Assembly (NCBI GenBank): GCA_019429005.1
Contig: JAHYJR010000003.1
Coordinates: 79,924-143,923 of the forward strand
From: Nanobdellati archaeon
GTDB lineage: Archaea; EX4484-52; GLR71
Direction of reading: 5' to 3'
DNA length: 64,000 bases
The notes under the pieces were generated by a model. It had not been told where the DNA came from. It worked only from the letters and a program-made list of their open reading frames with translations, and did not search any database. This document shows positions 10,217 to 20,225 of this stretch, piece by piece (the stretch's first letter is position 1; each line of letters begins with the position of its first letter). Made by a program: the position numbers and the translations under genes.

Positions 10217-10541
10217 CTAAATTAACTCAATTAATAACGATTTTAATAATAACACTTTTTGCCTACATTTAGATAAAAAATCAGAACCTAACGATTCTAG
10301 ATTATAATCAACCCGACCATCCATCATATGTCATTCTTCTAAAAACTTTTCATCTTCCATTTCTTCTAAAATACGTTTAAATTTTTTCCAAAGAAACGTC
10401 ATCATCTTAGGCATAATCTTTAAGTTTATTTACAGTTAAAAAATTCCTAATCGATAAAAAGGTATGTCCTATATGAACACCAGAATAAGTCTTTTGTGTC
10501 AATAAATATAAAATTCCACATTTAATACAAAGTTTATCCAT
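10217..10541 (-). pseudogene. Degraded winged-helix (PadR-like) regulator
   Basis: Hand translation MDKLCIKCGIL...DYA*DD..(frameshift)KRILEEMEDEKFLEE*HMMDGRVDYNLESLGSDFL. Confidence 0.5.
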
Positions 10542-10555
10542 AATATTATACTAAA

Positions 10556-10672
10556 TATTCCTTTTTATTAAACTATTTATAACAAAATAAACAGTATTCC
10601 TTTTTATTAAACTATTTATAACAAAATAAACAGTATTCCTTTTTATTAAACTATTTATAACAAAATAAACAG
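10556..10672. repeat. Perfect tandem repeat, 3 x 39 bp
   Basis: tattcctttttattaaactatttataacaaaataaacag at 10556, 10595, 10634. Confidence 0.95.
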
Positions 10673-10719
10673 AATTTATAAAAAATAATTAATTCTAACA
10701 ACCCATCTAAAAAGAAAAA

Positions 10720-10754
10720 TTTATAAATATCAAAATATCAATACATATTGATAT
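10720..10754 (+). promoter_or_regulatory. TATA box plus 9-2-9 inverted repeat, putative ArsR/SmtB operator
   Basis: tttataaa at 10720-10727; ATATCAATA-ca-TATTGATAT at 10735-10754 overlapping the ATG. Confidence 0.7.
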
Positions 10755-11010
10755 GAATAAAGACTTAGCCTTAAAAATATTCAAAACGTTGGGCGAAAAA
10801 ACACGATTTAAAATAATTGAAACCTTACTAGATAAAGAACTTTGCGCTTGCGAAATCCCAAAAATTATAAACAGAACACAAAGCAATACATCTATGCACC
10901 TTACAAAACTGCAAGATCTAGATATGATTAAATCAAGACGTGATGGCAAAAAAAGATTATATTCAATAAAAAATGAAAATATCAAAAAAATTATGAAGAT
11001 GATTAAATGA
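10753..11010 (+). CDS. ArsR/SmtB family transcriptional regulator
   Basis: FKTLGEKTR, ELCACEI, SMHL..L, RDGKKRLY. Confidence 0.92.
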   Translation: MNKDLALKIFKTLGEKTRFKIIETLLDKELCACEIPKIINRTQSNTSMHLTKLQDLDMIKSRRDGKKRLYSIKNENIKKIMKMIK

Positions 11011-11240
11011 AAATTGAAATACTTGGAACCGGTTGTAATAATTGCTTAAAACTTGAAGAAAACGCAAAAAAAGCATTAAAAGACATAAATAAAAAAGATG
11101 TAGAACTCATAAAAATTACAGATATAACAGAAATACTAAGGTACGGTATAATGTCAACCCCTGCAATAATTATTGATGGCGAAATCAAAGCATATGGCAG
11201 AATCCCTGATATTGACGAGATTAAAACATGGGTAAAATAA
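11007..11240 (+). CDS. Small redox-active disulfide protein (MTH895-like thioredoxin fold)
   Basis: ILGTGCNNC ... YGIMSTPA. Confidence 0.9.
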   Translation: MKIEILGTGCNNCLKLEENAKKALKDINKKDVELIKITDITEILRYGIMSTPAIIIDGEIKAYGRIPDIDEIKTWVK

Positions 11241-11241
11241 A

Positions 11242-12195
11242 ATGATTGATTTATTCTATCCATTTCAATGGGTTGCAAACAATATTACAAATAGACTTAA
11301 TCTTGAAGGACACATCGCAGATAGTGTAAACTTCATAATCTATGACGTAATAAAAATATTTTTTTTACTTATTGTGATGATATTCGCAATTTCATACATT
11401 AGAAGCTATATCACACCTGAAAAAACAAGAACAGTTATAGGCAATAAAAAAGGTCTTCGCTATCATTTTCTAGCATCAATAACAGGTGTCTTCACACCAT
11501 TTTGTTCATGTTCATCAGTACCATTATTTATTGGTTTTATTGAAGCTGGCGTTCCTTTAGGCGTAACATTCTCATTTTTAATAACAAGCCCGCTTGTTAA
11601 TGAAGCCGCAATTGCGATTCTTTGGGCAACATTCGGACTTAAATTAACAATAATATATGTGATATCTGGAATATTAATCGGTGTTATCTCGGGTTACATA
11701 ATTGGACTTTTAAAAATGGAAAAATATGTTGCAAGTTTTGTCTATGACATTAAAATGATGAAAATTAAAGAAGAAAAAAAGACACAAAAAGATAGAATCA
11801 AATATGCTAAAAAAGAAGTCAGAAATATTGTATCAAAAGTATGGCTATACATCATAATAGGTGTCACATTAGGTGGCTTATTCCACAGTTTTGCTCCAGA
11901 AGGTATACTTGAAAAATATGCAGGAAACAGTATCATTGGAGTACCCATCGCAACATTAATAGGTATACCATTATATTCAAATGCAATCGCAATGATACCA
12001 ATCATTGAGAGCCTTGTTGGGAAAGGATTACCACTTGGAACTGCCTTAGCATTCCTTATGGCTGTAACCGCATTATCATTACCAGAAATAATTATATTAA
12101 AAAAAGTCCTTAAAAAAGAATTAATTGCTGTTTTTGTAGGAATAACAGGATTTGCGATAATGATTACGGGGTACTTGTTTAATTTTATCGTTTGA
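11242..12195 (+). CDS. ArsP/DUF318-type permease
   Basis: TPFCSCSSVP, GVPLGVTFSFL, ALSLPE. Confidence 0.9.
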   Translation: MIDLFYPFQWVANNITNRLNLEGHIADSVNFIIYDVIKIFFLLIVMIFAISYIRSYITPEKTRTVIGNKKGLRYHFLASITGVFTPFCSCSSVPLFIGFIEAGVPLGVTFSFLITSPLVNEAAIAILWATFGLKLTIIYVISGILIGVISGYIIGLLKMEKYVASFVYDIKMMKIKEEKKTQKDRIKYAKKEVRNIVSKVWLYIIIGVTLGGLFHSFAPEGILEKYAGNSIIGVPIATLIGIPLYSNAIAMIPIIESLVGKGLPLGTALAFLMAVTALSLPEIIILKKVLKKELIAVFVGITGFAIMITGYLFNFIV

Positions 12196-12285
12196 TAAAA
12201 TAATTATAAAAATTATATCAAATTTTACAGAAACTGTTATAAAGTTATCTTTACTAAGTAATAACATATAAACTAGGTGTTAATT

Positions 12286-13761
12286 ATGATTAAAGAAATC
12301 AAAATAAATAATAATAATAAATCGTTAATGGGTACCCCCAAAGAAATGAGACTCATTCTTCAAAAAATTGGATATGATAATGTTATTGTTTATGGATACG
12401 CTGGTACGCTTATTGCAGATAGTATCGATGACGAAACTAATGAAAAAATGAAAGATTTTAACAGAAAAAAATTACTATCTAACGTAACATACCATGAAAC
12501 ACCGATAGGTACAATATATAACACAGAGGGTAGTCTAAATAAACATGCAATTGCAGATGACCTTAAAATAGCAGTACTTGATAAAGAAATAGAATCTCAA
12601 GAACTTGTTGCCACAATAAAAACAGTTGCAGATCAAGTTTCAAAATATATTGGTGATGAATTATTAACAGGAACTGGTACTTTATCAGCAATAAGTGCCT
12701 ATTTTAGCAGCACCCTTACAGACGAAGATATTAATAAATATCCAGAATATTTTAATGAAAAAAATGGACAGATAACACTTTCTGAAGAAGGAAACAACAT
12801 GCTAAATATACTTAAAGACAGTTGGGATTATCTTCCACGAAATCTACGTTCTGCATGTAAAATGAATATAAAACCATATCTTTTAGAAGTATTTAAAGAT
12901 GTATCTGAAAATATACCCGTACAACTGGATAAATTCCAAGATTATATTCAAAAAGAATTAACATCAGAAACAATCAAGAAAAAAATCGACCAAGATTCTA
13001 AATTATTACGAAAATTAATTGATGATGGATATTATTGTGATTATTTTATTAATACAGATTATGATGAATTAATAAAAATCATAGAAATGGATCAAAATAA
13101 TTTAATCAACAATGAGACTTTTAAGAAAATAAAAAAATCAATACCTGTAAGACATCTAGACTCACAAAAATACCAACGACATCAAAAGGATAAAAAATAT
13201 TATGAACTAGAACAAGAACATAAATTATATAACGAATGGGGAAAAAAAATAAAAGATACAATAATGTCAATTGAAACAAACCAAAAAATAATCGAAGGAC
13301 ATGGTATAGACCCATTAAAACAACTAAAAATGCTTGAAGATACAGGATATATTTTTTTAAGAGAAGATGATAAAAAAATAAATATATACAAAGGACAAAA
13401 CTTTAATCTGCTTAATGAGGATAACACATCTTTCTGTCCAATAGGTCTTTCAGATAAATGGGATTCATGGAAAATTGAAAGACAGGGAAATATAACAATT
13501 TTAACAAAATATTTTAAAAATGTAAATGATAAATTAATAAGAATCTCAGTTAATTCATTAGGAAAATATAGCGTTGAAGGTAATGATCTAACTGTTTTTG
13601 ATGAAAATGTTAAAAAGGAATTAAATCTTGTTGAAGAAGTTATAAATTATAATCTTCCTAAAAACAAACGCAAAACTTTAGATTGGACAGAATATAATGA
13701 ATCACAACCAAAAACAAATACAATAAAACCTGTTAAACAAATCAAAAAACAATTATTTTAA
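12286..13761 (+). CDS. Hypothetical protein
   Basis: Long ORF with AGGTG SD; no recognisable motif. Confidence 0.75.
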   Translation: MIKEIKINNNNKSLMGTPKEMRLILQKIGYDNVIVYGYAGTLIADSIDDETNEKMKDFNRKKLLSNVTYHETPIGTIYNTEGSLNKHAIADDLKIAVLDKEIESQELVATIKTVADQVSKYIGDELLTGTGTLSAISAYFSSTLTDEDINKYPEYFNEKNGQITLSEEGNNMLNILKDSWDYLPRNLRSACKMNIKPYLLEVFKDVSENIPVQLDKFQDYIQKELTSETIKKKIDQDSKLLRKLIDDGYYCDYFINTDYDELIKIIEMDQNNLINNETFKKIKKSIPVRHLDSQKYQRHQKDKKYYELEQEHKLYNEWGKKIKDTIMSIETNQKIIEGHGIDPLKQLKMLEDTGYIFLREDDKKINIYKGQNFNLLNEDNTSFCPIGLSDKWDSWKIERQGNITILTKYFKNVNDKLIRISVNSLGKYSVEGNDLTVFDENVKKELNLVEEVINYNLPKNKRKTLDWTEYNESQPKTNTIKPVKQIKKQLF

Positions 13762-13798
13762 TAATAAACGACCAATACAAATATTATAAGGTAAGATT

Positions 13799-14098
13799 AT
13801 AGATATTAAAGAAGCTCAAGACACAGTTTATGAACACTTAGTAAAGATATGTTATACAAAAAGCGAGACAACACCAACACATTCATTTTTGCATCTTGTT
13901 GAAGAAGTGGGTGAAGTCTCAAGAACATTGTTATACAAAGAAACAGAACGTGTTAACTTCAAAAATAACACAGATCCAGGTAAACTTGAAGATGAGATTG
14001 CTGACATATTCTGGCAGACACTCAAACTAGCGTAATATCTAAAAATAGATCTTGACCAAGCATTCATCAATAAGCTAGAAAAAAATAGGAATAAATAA
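13799..14098 (+). pseudogene. MazG-like NTP pyrophosphohydrolase; ATA at start position, internal TAA
   Basis: Hand translation: HLVEEVGEV...LEDEIADIFW..LA*YLKIDL; TAA at 14033-14035. Confidence 0.85.
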
Positions 14099-14182
14099 AA
14101 CTCAAAAACAGATAAACAAATATCTAATAATTTATCAAAAAAATAAACCCAATATTAAATATATAACATAACAAATATTATC

Positions 14183-14833
14183 ATGGAACAACAAAAAATT
14201 ATCAATAAAACTATTGATTTTGTAAAAGAAACATTACAAGATACAGAAAGTGGCCACGACTGGTGGCATACATATCGTGTCTGGAAACTATCTAAACACA
14301 TTGCAAAAACAGAAAATGCAGATAATTTTATTGTTGAATTAGGCGCACTATTACATGATATAGCAGATTCAAAATTTCATGATAAAAACGAAAATATTGG
14401 ACCCAAAAAAGCAGAAGAATTTCTAAAAACCTTAAACTTAGACAGTAATATTATAGAACAGATCAAGAATATTATAAGTAACATATCTTTCAGAACACGG
14501 AATGAGACAACATTCAAATCAGTAGAACTTGACATTATACAAGATGCAGACCGCTTAGATGCACTTGGAGCTATCGGTATTGCAAGAGCCTTCAATTTCG
14601 GTGGCCATAAAAACAACACAATATATAATCCCTATATAAAACCAAATACTAACATGACAAAAGAAGAATACAAAATGCGAGATAAACCGACAATAAATCA
14701 TTTCTATGAGAAACTCTTATTATTAAAAGATCTTATGAACACAAAAGGCGGACAAAAAATTGCAGAACAAAGACACGCATTTATGGAACAATACCTTACC
14801 GAATTCTATAATGAATGGGAAGGTAAATCATAA
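14183..14833 (+). CDS. HD-domain phosphohydrolase (YpgQ/YedJ-like)
   Basis: GHDWWH, LLHDI, QDADRLDALGAIG, HFYEKLL. Confidence 0.92.
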   Translation: MEQQKIINKTIDFVKETLQDTESGHDWWHTYRVWKLSKHIAKTENADNFIVELGALLHDIADSKFHDKNENIGPKKAEEFLKTLNLDSNIIEQIKNIISNISFRTRNETTFKSVELDIIQDADRLDALGAIGIARAFNFGGHKNNTIYNPYIKPNTNMTKEEYKMRDKPTINHFYEKLLLLKDLMNTKGGQKIAEQRHAFMEQYLTEFYNEWEGKS

Positions 14834-14884
14834 AGATATTAAAAAAACATAAAGCTTTTAAAGAGAATCCTATTAAATAAAATC

Positions 14885-15424
14885 ATGAAAATCTTAGTTG
14901 ACATGGATGGAGTTATTGCAGATTTCGAAAAAGGATTCCTGACCAATTTCACAGAAAAATACCCTGAAGAACAATTCATACCACTTAATAAAAGAACAGA
15001 GTTCAAACCACGAGATCAATACACAATAAAACAAAAACCTCTTGTTGAAAGCATATACAACGCACCTGGTTTTTATACGTCCTTACCGCCTATTGATGGT
15101 GGACTTGACGCATTAAAAGAAATTTCAGATAAAGGCCATAATGTATTTATTTGTACATCGCCACTTTCAAACTATCAAAATTGTGTTTCTGAAAAATATC
15201 AATGGGTAGATAATAACCTTGGTATAGATTGGACTAAAAAAATTATTATTATAAAAGATAAGACATTAATTTCAGCAGACCTACTTATCGACGATAAACC
15301 CGAAATAACAGGTTTAGAAACGCCATCATGGGAACATATAATATATGACCAACCATATAATCAAAATGTTAATTATAAAAGACGGATTAATTGGGCGAAT
15401 TATAAAACTATTTTAGACCTTTAA
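14885..15424 (+). CDS. 5'(3')-deoxyribonucleotidase (NT5C-like, HAD)
   Basis: DMDGVIADF, CTSP, EKYQW, DKT, LIDD.P, PYN. Confidence 0.9.
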   Translation: MKILVDMDGVIADFEKGFLTNFTEKYPEEQFIPLNKRTEFKPRDQYTIKQKPLVESIYNAPGFYTSLPPIDGGLDALKEISDKGHNVFICTSPLSNYQNCVSEKYQWVDNNLGIDWTKKIIIIKDKTLISADLLIDDKPEITGLETPSWEHIIYDQPYNQNVNYKRRINWANYKTILDL

Positions 15425-15558
15425 AAACGTACTCTTGTAACACACTAACCTATAAACCAAAATTACTTTTTTCTTAAAAACACAACTAAATCAACATAAA
15501 ATCACTAATTTTATTATAATATATAATATATTTAAAATTTACTCGACATCATAACATT

Positions 15559-16424
15559 ATGAATCCAGATATAATCATATCTAATCCAAAAAAACTTGAA
15601 ATTCTTAAAAATAAAATAGCTTTAGATGGAATAAAAAACATACATATTATCTCTGATTTTGACAGAACCTTTACAAAAGCATTTGTTAATAGACAAAAAG
15701 TACCGTCTATGATTTCAGAATTACCTAATGGAAATTACTTAACAGACGATTATGCAAAAAAAGCTCATGCACTTTTCAATAAATACCATCCTATTGAAAT
15801 AGATATAAACATAACCGAAGAAAACAAAAAAAAGCTATGCATACTTGGTGGACTGAACATTTCAACCTTCTTATTGAATCTAAACTAAACAAAAAAGATC
15901 TTGATAAAGTAATAACCTCCGAAAATATCTGTCTTAGAGATGGCTCATATGAATTCATAAAAACCTTACATACAAATAATATACCGCTTATCATCATGTC
16001 TTCAAACGGTCTTGGTGGCGATACAATTTCAATGTTTCTTGAAAAAGAAAAAAGATTATATAATAATATTCACATAATATCAAACACATACATATGGGAT
16101 AAAGATGGATTTGCTATTGATATAAAAAAAACAATAATACATGTTGCAAACAAAGATGAAACCTCAATAAAAGATTATCCTGTTTTTAATAAAATAAAAG
16201 CAAGAAAAAATGTTATCCTTATTGAAGATTCCCTAACAGATGTTGATATGGTTAAAGGCTTTGATTATGACAATATTATAAAAATAGGATTTATAAATGA
16301 CAATATAGAAAAACATCTTGATTCGTACAAAAAAACTTTTGATGTTGTAATACTAAATGATTCAGATATGAGTTATATAAATCAATTATTAGATTATATA
16401 ATAAACAACAAAAAAGTCAAATAA
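15559..16424 (+). pseudogene. Pyrimidine 5'-nucleotidase (cN-III/UMPH-1 family), frameshifted
   Basis: ISDFDRTFT, KYHPIE, then M..WW in another frame after A8 run 15826-15833; ILIEDS where GDS is expected. Confidence 0.8.
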
Positions 16425-16433
16425 AAAACAATT

Positions 16434-17453
16434 TCAATTAATCTCATAATTTCGCCATCTACCAGAACCTATAGATTTCACAAGATTTTGTCTAACTAGT
16501 GATTCCATATGTTTACGATATGTTCTCTCAAGAATATCATCACCTGTAAGCTCAACATATTGTCTTAAAAGATCTCCTGAAGATATAGGACCTGAAGATT
16601 TCAAAATATCATAAAGTGTCTTTTTAATATCATCAAGAACAACCGTACGCTCATCTTTTTTGGAATCACAAACATTATCACATGCACGAATAACATCTTC
16701 TATAGAAATTGTATCCTTCGCCTGATTTTCAGCAAAAAGCGCAGAATTCCGTAAAATATCAATTGCAACACGCGAATCCCCATGGGATTTATGCGATATT
16801 ATCTTAAGATATTCAATCTTAATAGAGCCTGGATACAAAGCATATTCCGAACGTTCTTTCAATATATCAAAAAGCTCATCTGGTTTATATTCTGGAAATT
16901 CAATAGTTTCAAACGCAAGAGATGATTTAATCCTAGAATCAACATCAAAAAAGGCATACTTATTGTTTGAAACAAGAACAAGACCATAATTTTCTCTTGA
17001 AAACACATAAAGAAGTTCTTTTTCTTTCAACTGATCAACTTCATCAAGACAGATTATTACTTTTTTAGATGTTTTTTTTACATAATTACTAATAGCTTTA
17101 ACAAGCTCATCTCGCGGCTGCTTAAGATTTGTAAACACATTAAGAGAACTCACAATCTCATTAAGTATAGAATGTGAAGTCGAACATTTCCAACAATTAA
17201 CATAAACCGTTTTTACAGATTGTGTATGTCCCTCAAACTCCGAAAATATCCATTTAACAAGAGATGTCTTTCCAACACCCGTTGCTCCAAATAAAAATAT
17301 ATTACGAGGGGTTCGACCAAAAGATGCGGGTTTCAAAGCATTTGCAACGGCTTCAACTTGACCTTCACGATGCAATATTTTCTCAGGAATAAATACCTCA
17401 AGAAGTATTGATTCGTCTTTTATCACAGATTTTACCATATCAAAAAGTCCCAT
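16434..17453 (-). CDS. cdc6: Orc1/Cdc6 family replication initiator
   Basis: LHRE, GATGVGKT, LDEVD, GDSRVAI, C-terminal wHTH. Confidence 0.9.
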   Translation of the reverse strand: MGLFDMVKSVIKDESILLEVFIPEKILHREGQVEAVANALKPASFGRTPRNIFLFGATGVGKTSLVKWIFSEFEGHTQSVKTVYVNCWKCSTSHSILNEIVSSLNVFTNLKQPRDELVKAISNYVKKTSKKVIICLDEVDQLKEKELLYVFSRENYGLVLVSNNKYAFFDVDSRIKSSLAFETIEFPEYKPDELFDILKERSEYALYPGSIKIEYLKIISHKSHGDSRVAIDILRNSALFAENQAKDTISIEDVIRACDNVCDSKKDERTVVLDDIKKTLYDILKSSGPISSGDLLRQYVELTGDDILERTYRKHMESLVRQNLVKSIGSGRWRNYEIN

Positions 17454-17553
17454 ATTATGGTTTCATCTAAGATAAAATATAAATATATCTATACTTTAAT
17501 AAACCGAACAACAAACCAAACAGATTTAAATCAACTAACACCAAAAAAACAAC

Positions 17554-17805
17554 ATGGAAACACTCATAATTGGATTTATAGCATCAATCCTTACAACAAT
17601 ATCCTTTATACCTCAAATTGTAACAATATATAAAACTAAAGACACTAAAAGCATCTCACTAAAAATGTACTTATTATTCTGTTCAGGTATAACATTATGG
17701 TTAATCTATGGACTACTAAAAAAAGATTTGCCAATAATTTTAGCAAATAGTATCACTTTAATATTATCTCTAATAATATTATCTATGAAATTAAAATATA
17801 AATAG
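17554..17805 (+). CDS. SemiSWEET (PQ-loop) transporter
   Basis: TTISFIPQ, ISL.MY, LWLIYG, PIILAN. Confidence 0.92.
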   Translation: METLIIGFIASILTTISFIPQIVTIYKTKDTKSISLKMYLLFCSGITLWLIYGLLKKDLPIILANSITLILSLIILSMKLKYK

Positions 17806-17841
17806 ATTAATCAGAATGACACAACATAAAATATCAAAAGA

Positions 17842-18411
17842 TTACCTTTTTAAAACAGCATATAATTCTTTATTTAGAACAATCTTATTGATTTTACCAT
17901 ATCTCTCTTTTTCGATTATACCTTTTAATTTAAGATTTTCTAAAATCCTATGAGTTTTTACTTTGTTAAGATCTGGAAGACGGCTTAACTCATATTGTGG
18001 AATACTACCACCTGACGATATTAAAGTATCAATCACTTTCTGTTCATATTTATTCAAAAATTTAAGTATTATTCGTGTATTTACATCAAGACTTTTTTCT
18101 TGTATGAATATCTTTTCAGACATGATATAATAAACAATAAGACCAACAATAATCCCTAAAAAGGCAAAAAAGGGTAAAAAATAAAAACTAGGTATTGCGA
18201 TAGTATCATTTTGACGCTCAACTATGGATTCTTTCAATTCGTCAAGAGACATACTATCAATAAGATCTACATTTAATCTTGTGCTCTGCTTAGTATCATG
18301 TTGATAATTATAATACATACTTACCGTCAATGCCAGAAATATAAAAGACATTATAATACCTATACCTAACAACATATTTCTGTTATTAGTAGATGGTTTT
18401 AATTGTGCCAT
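17842..18411 (-). CDS. Membrane-anchored winged-helix regulator (COG2512-like)
   Basis: Two TM helices then EQKVI..L, Q.EL, KVKTHRIL..L..KGII.KE.YGK.N. Confidence 0.8.
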   Translation of the reverse strand: MAQLKPSTNNRNMLLGIGIIMSFIFLALTVSMYYNYQHDTKQSTRLNVDLIDSMSLDELKESIVERQNDTIAIPSFYFLPFFAFLGIIVGLIVYYIMSEKIFIQEKSLDVNTRIILKFLNKYEQKVIDTLISSGGSIPQYELSRLPDLNKVKTHRILENLKLKGIIEKERYGKINKIVLNKELYAVLKR

Positions 18412-18480
18412 AAATATAAAGTACAATTAAACTTTAAATAAATTAAACATAAAAACAACCAAAAATACGCAATTTCGTAA

Positions 18481-18552
18481 TAGTTTCAAAAAAACAAAAC
18501 AATGTTTCAAAGAATAATCAATAGTTTCAGAAAGGTATATCTATAGTTTCAA
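18481..18552 (+). promoter_or_regulatory. Four phased GTTTCA direct repeats in divergent promoter
   Basis: GTTTCA at 18483, 18504, 18524, 18546 (spacing 21/20/22). Confidence 0.55.
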
Positions 18553-18586
18553 ACTAAAAATATTTAAGAATGTGGAGGTGTCTACA

Positions 18587-19018
18587 ATGACAAAAAATAC
18601 AAAATATAAAATGAGTGTCTTGTTAATCGGCGCTTTAGTATTATTTAGTATAGTTGGTATGGTAAGTGCATACAAAGGTAATGCTACACCTGTAGGTCCT
18701 AACTATAATGAAGACATACATGAAGCAATGAAACAGGCTATAGAAAACGGAGATTATGATGCATGGATACAAATAAGAGAAGATAATAACATGCCAATGC
18801 ATTGTCGAATGTTTTCTATAATAAATGAAGAAAATTTCCATCTTTTTGCAGAAATGCATGAAGCAAATGAAAATGGTGATTTAGACAGAGCTGCAGAAAT
18901 AAAAGCTGAACTTGGTCTAGGTCAAGGAAATGGAAACTGTGGAATGGGAACTCATATGGGAAATAAAGGAAACGCACAAGGAACTCAATCAAATTTTGGT
19001 AACTGCCAATATCATTGA
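18587..19018 (+). CDS. Secreted small helical protein with Gly/Met/His-rich tail
   Basis: GGAGGTG SD, signal peptide ending VSA, AIENGDYDAW, A.EIKAELGL. Confidence 0.75.
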   Translation: MTKNTKYKMSVLLIGALVLFSIVGMVSAYKGNATPVGPNYNEDIHEAMKQAIENGDYDAWIQIREDNNMPMHCRMFSIINEENFHLFAEMHEANENGDLDRAAEIKAELGLGQGNGNCGMGTHMGNKGNAQGTQSNFGNCQYH

Positions 19019-19046
19019 GATGAGTAACAAACAAAAAAAATAAGTT

Positions 19047-19070
19047 TTAAGGGGTTTAAAAAACCCTTAA
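19047..19070 (+). terminator. Stem-loop downstream of secreted-protein gene
   Basis: ttaaggggttt-aaa-aaacccttaa. Confidence 0.4.
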
Positions 19071-19115
19071 GAACCCTAATATAATAAAATAATATACGAA
19101 CAAAGGTGATAATAT

Positions 19116-19319
19116 ATGTATATGTACCCCGGATTAAATTTTATATCAATGATATTATTCAATGGACTCTTTTTCATAATAACTGTTGTATTAGTGTTAT
19201 GGCTTGCAAAAAATATCAAATTAAGTTCAGACCCAATAAAAATACTTGATTCAAGATATGCTAAAGGTGAAATTACTAAAAAAGAATATATCGAAATAAA
19301 AAAAGATTTACAAAACTAA
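19116..19319 (+). CDS. SHOCT-domain membrane protein
   Basis: TM helix then IL..RYAKGEITKKEY; AGGTGA SD. Confidence 0.85.
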   Translation: MYMYPGLNFISMILFNGLFFIITVVLVLWLAKNIKLSSDPIKILDSRYAKGEITKKEYIEIKKDLQN

Positions 19320-19321
19320 AT

Positions 19322-19359
<38 letters not shown>

Positions 19360-19411
19360 AAAAAATTAAATTATATAACATATCAGATAGAAATATCTCT
19401 TGTTGATAAAA

Positions 19412-19767
19412 ATGCCACAAATAACACCGATTAAAAAAATGTTTTTCAAAGAAAAATACATAAATATGATTCTTAAAGGTGAAAAGAGTCTTGAAGGAAA
19501 ATCGGTTACAATAACATCAAAAAAATAAAAGTTAATGATTATATCTATATAAATGAAATCCATAAAACAAAAATCATAAGTATACACACTTATGACACAT
19601 TCGAAAACGCATTGAAACATCATAATTTCAAACAACTTATACCAGATGCAAAATCACTTGAAGACACATTAAAAATATACAATAAATTATTTCCATCTTG
19701 GAAACAAGAAAAATATGGTGTATATATTTTCGGGATTAAGTTATTTAAAACGAAATCAAATTTATAA
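19412..19767 (+). pseudogene. ASCH-domain protein, frameshifted
   Basis: KYINMILKGEKSLEG(fs near 19500)..IKVNDY..YDTFENAL..LIPDAKSLED..IY..EKYGV. Confidence 0.8.
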
Positions 19768-19785
19768 ACATCAGACAAAAATACA

Positions 19786-20158
19786 ATATTTATCTACAAA
19801 CTTATCCGACGTTATATTCTCTATCTTGTACGATGGCAGTTAAGCACACCAATATTAGCAATAGTCTTGATTGCCTTATCAATAATGAACAAATGGCATG
19901 CAACAGCAATTGCAAACCTTATCTGAGGTCTCATGTTTTTTGGGGTAGATAGATTCATATTTACCTCAGATCTCTAGGTACTCAATGGGATGTCAAAGAC
20001 AATATTAAATGTTCAGATTGTAAAAAAACGGCTCGAAGATACCGTCTTATAAAAACACGAAACTATGACAAGACCAAAGATAATAATCCAAAATTTAGAT
20101 GTGAAACTTGCTCCCAAAAAAAACAAAACAACTAAAGAAAAGTGGGGTTAAAATCTAA
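19786..20158 (+). pseudogene. Membrane protein with Zn-ribbon tail; stop plus frameshifts
   Basis: RYILYLVRWQLSTPILA..ANLI*GLMFFGVDRFIF(fs)..CSDC..YRL..NYD..FRCETC; TGA at 19924-19926; no ATG. Confidence 0.7.
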
Positions 20159-20225
20159 CAAAAACCCAAAAATACAATAACAAACTCAAAAGAAATATAA
20201 TAATAACAACACAAATAATTATTAT

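Noticed and set aside
10556-10672. CRISPR array
   Set aside because: 39-bp units are directly adjacent with no spacers; no cas genes seen
15826-15833. Programmed frameshift in the cN-III gene
   Set aside because: No clear stimulatory structure and the GDS motif is also altered; decay or homopolymer error is simpler
17454-17553. Replication origin adjacent to cdc6
   Set aside because: Only 100 bp intergenic and no ORB-like repeats visible on either side
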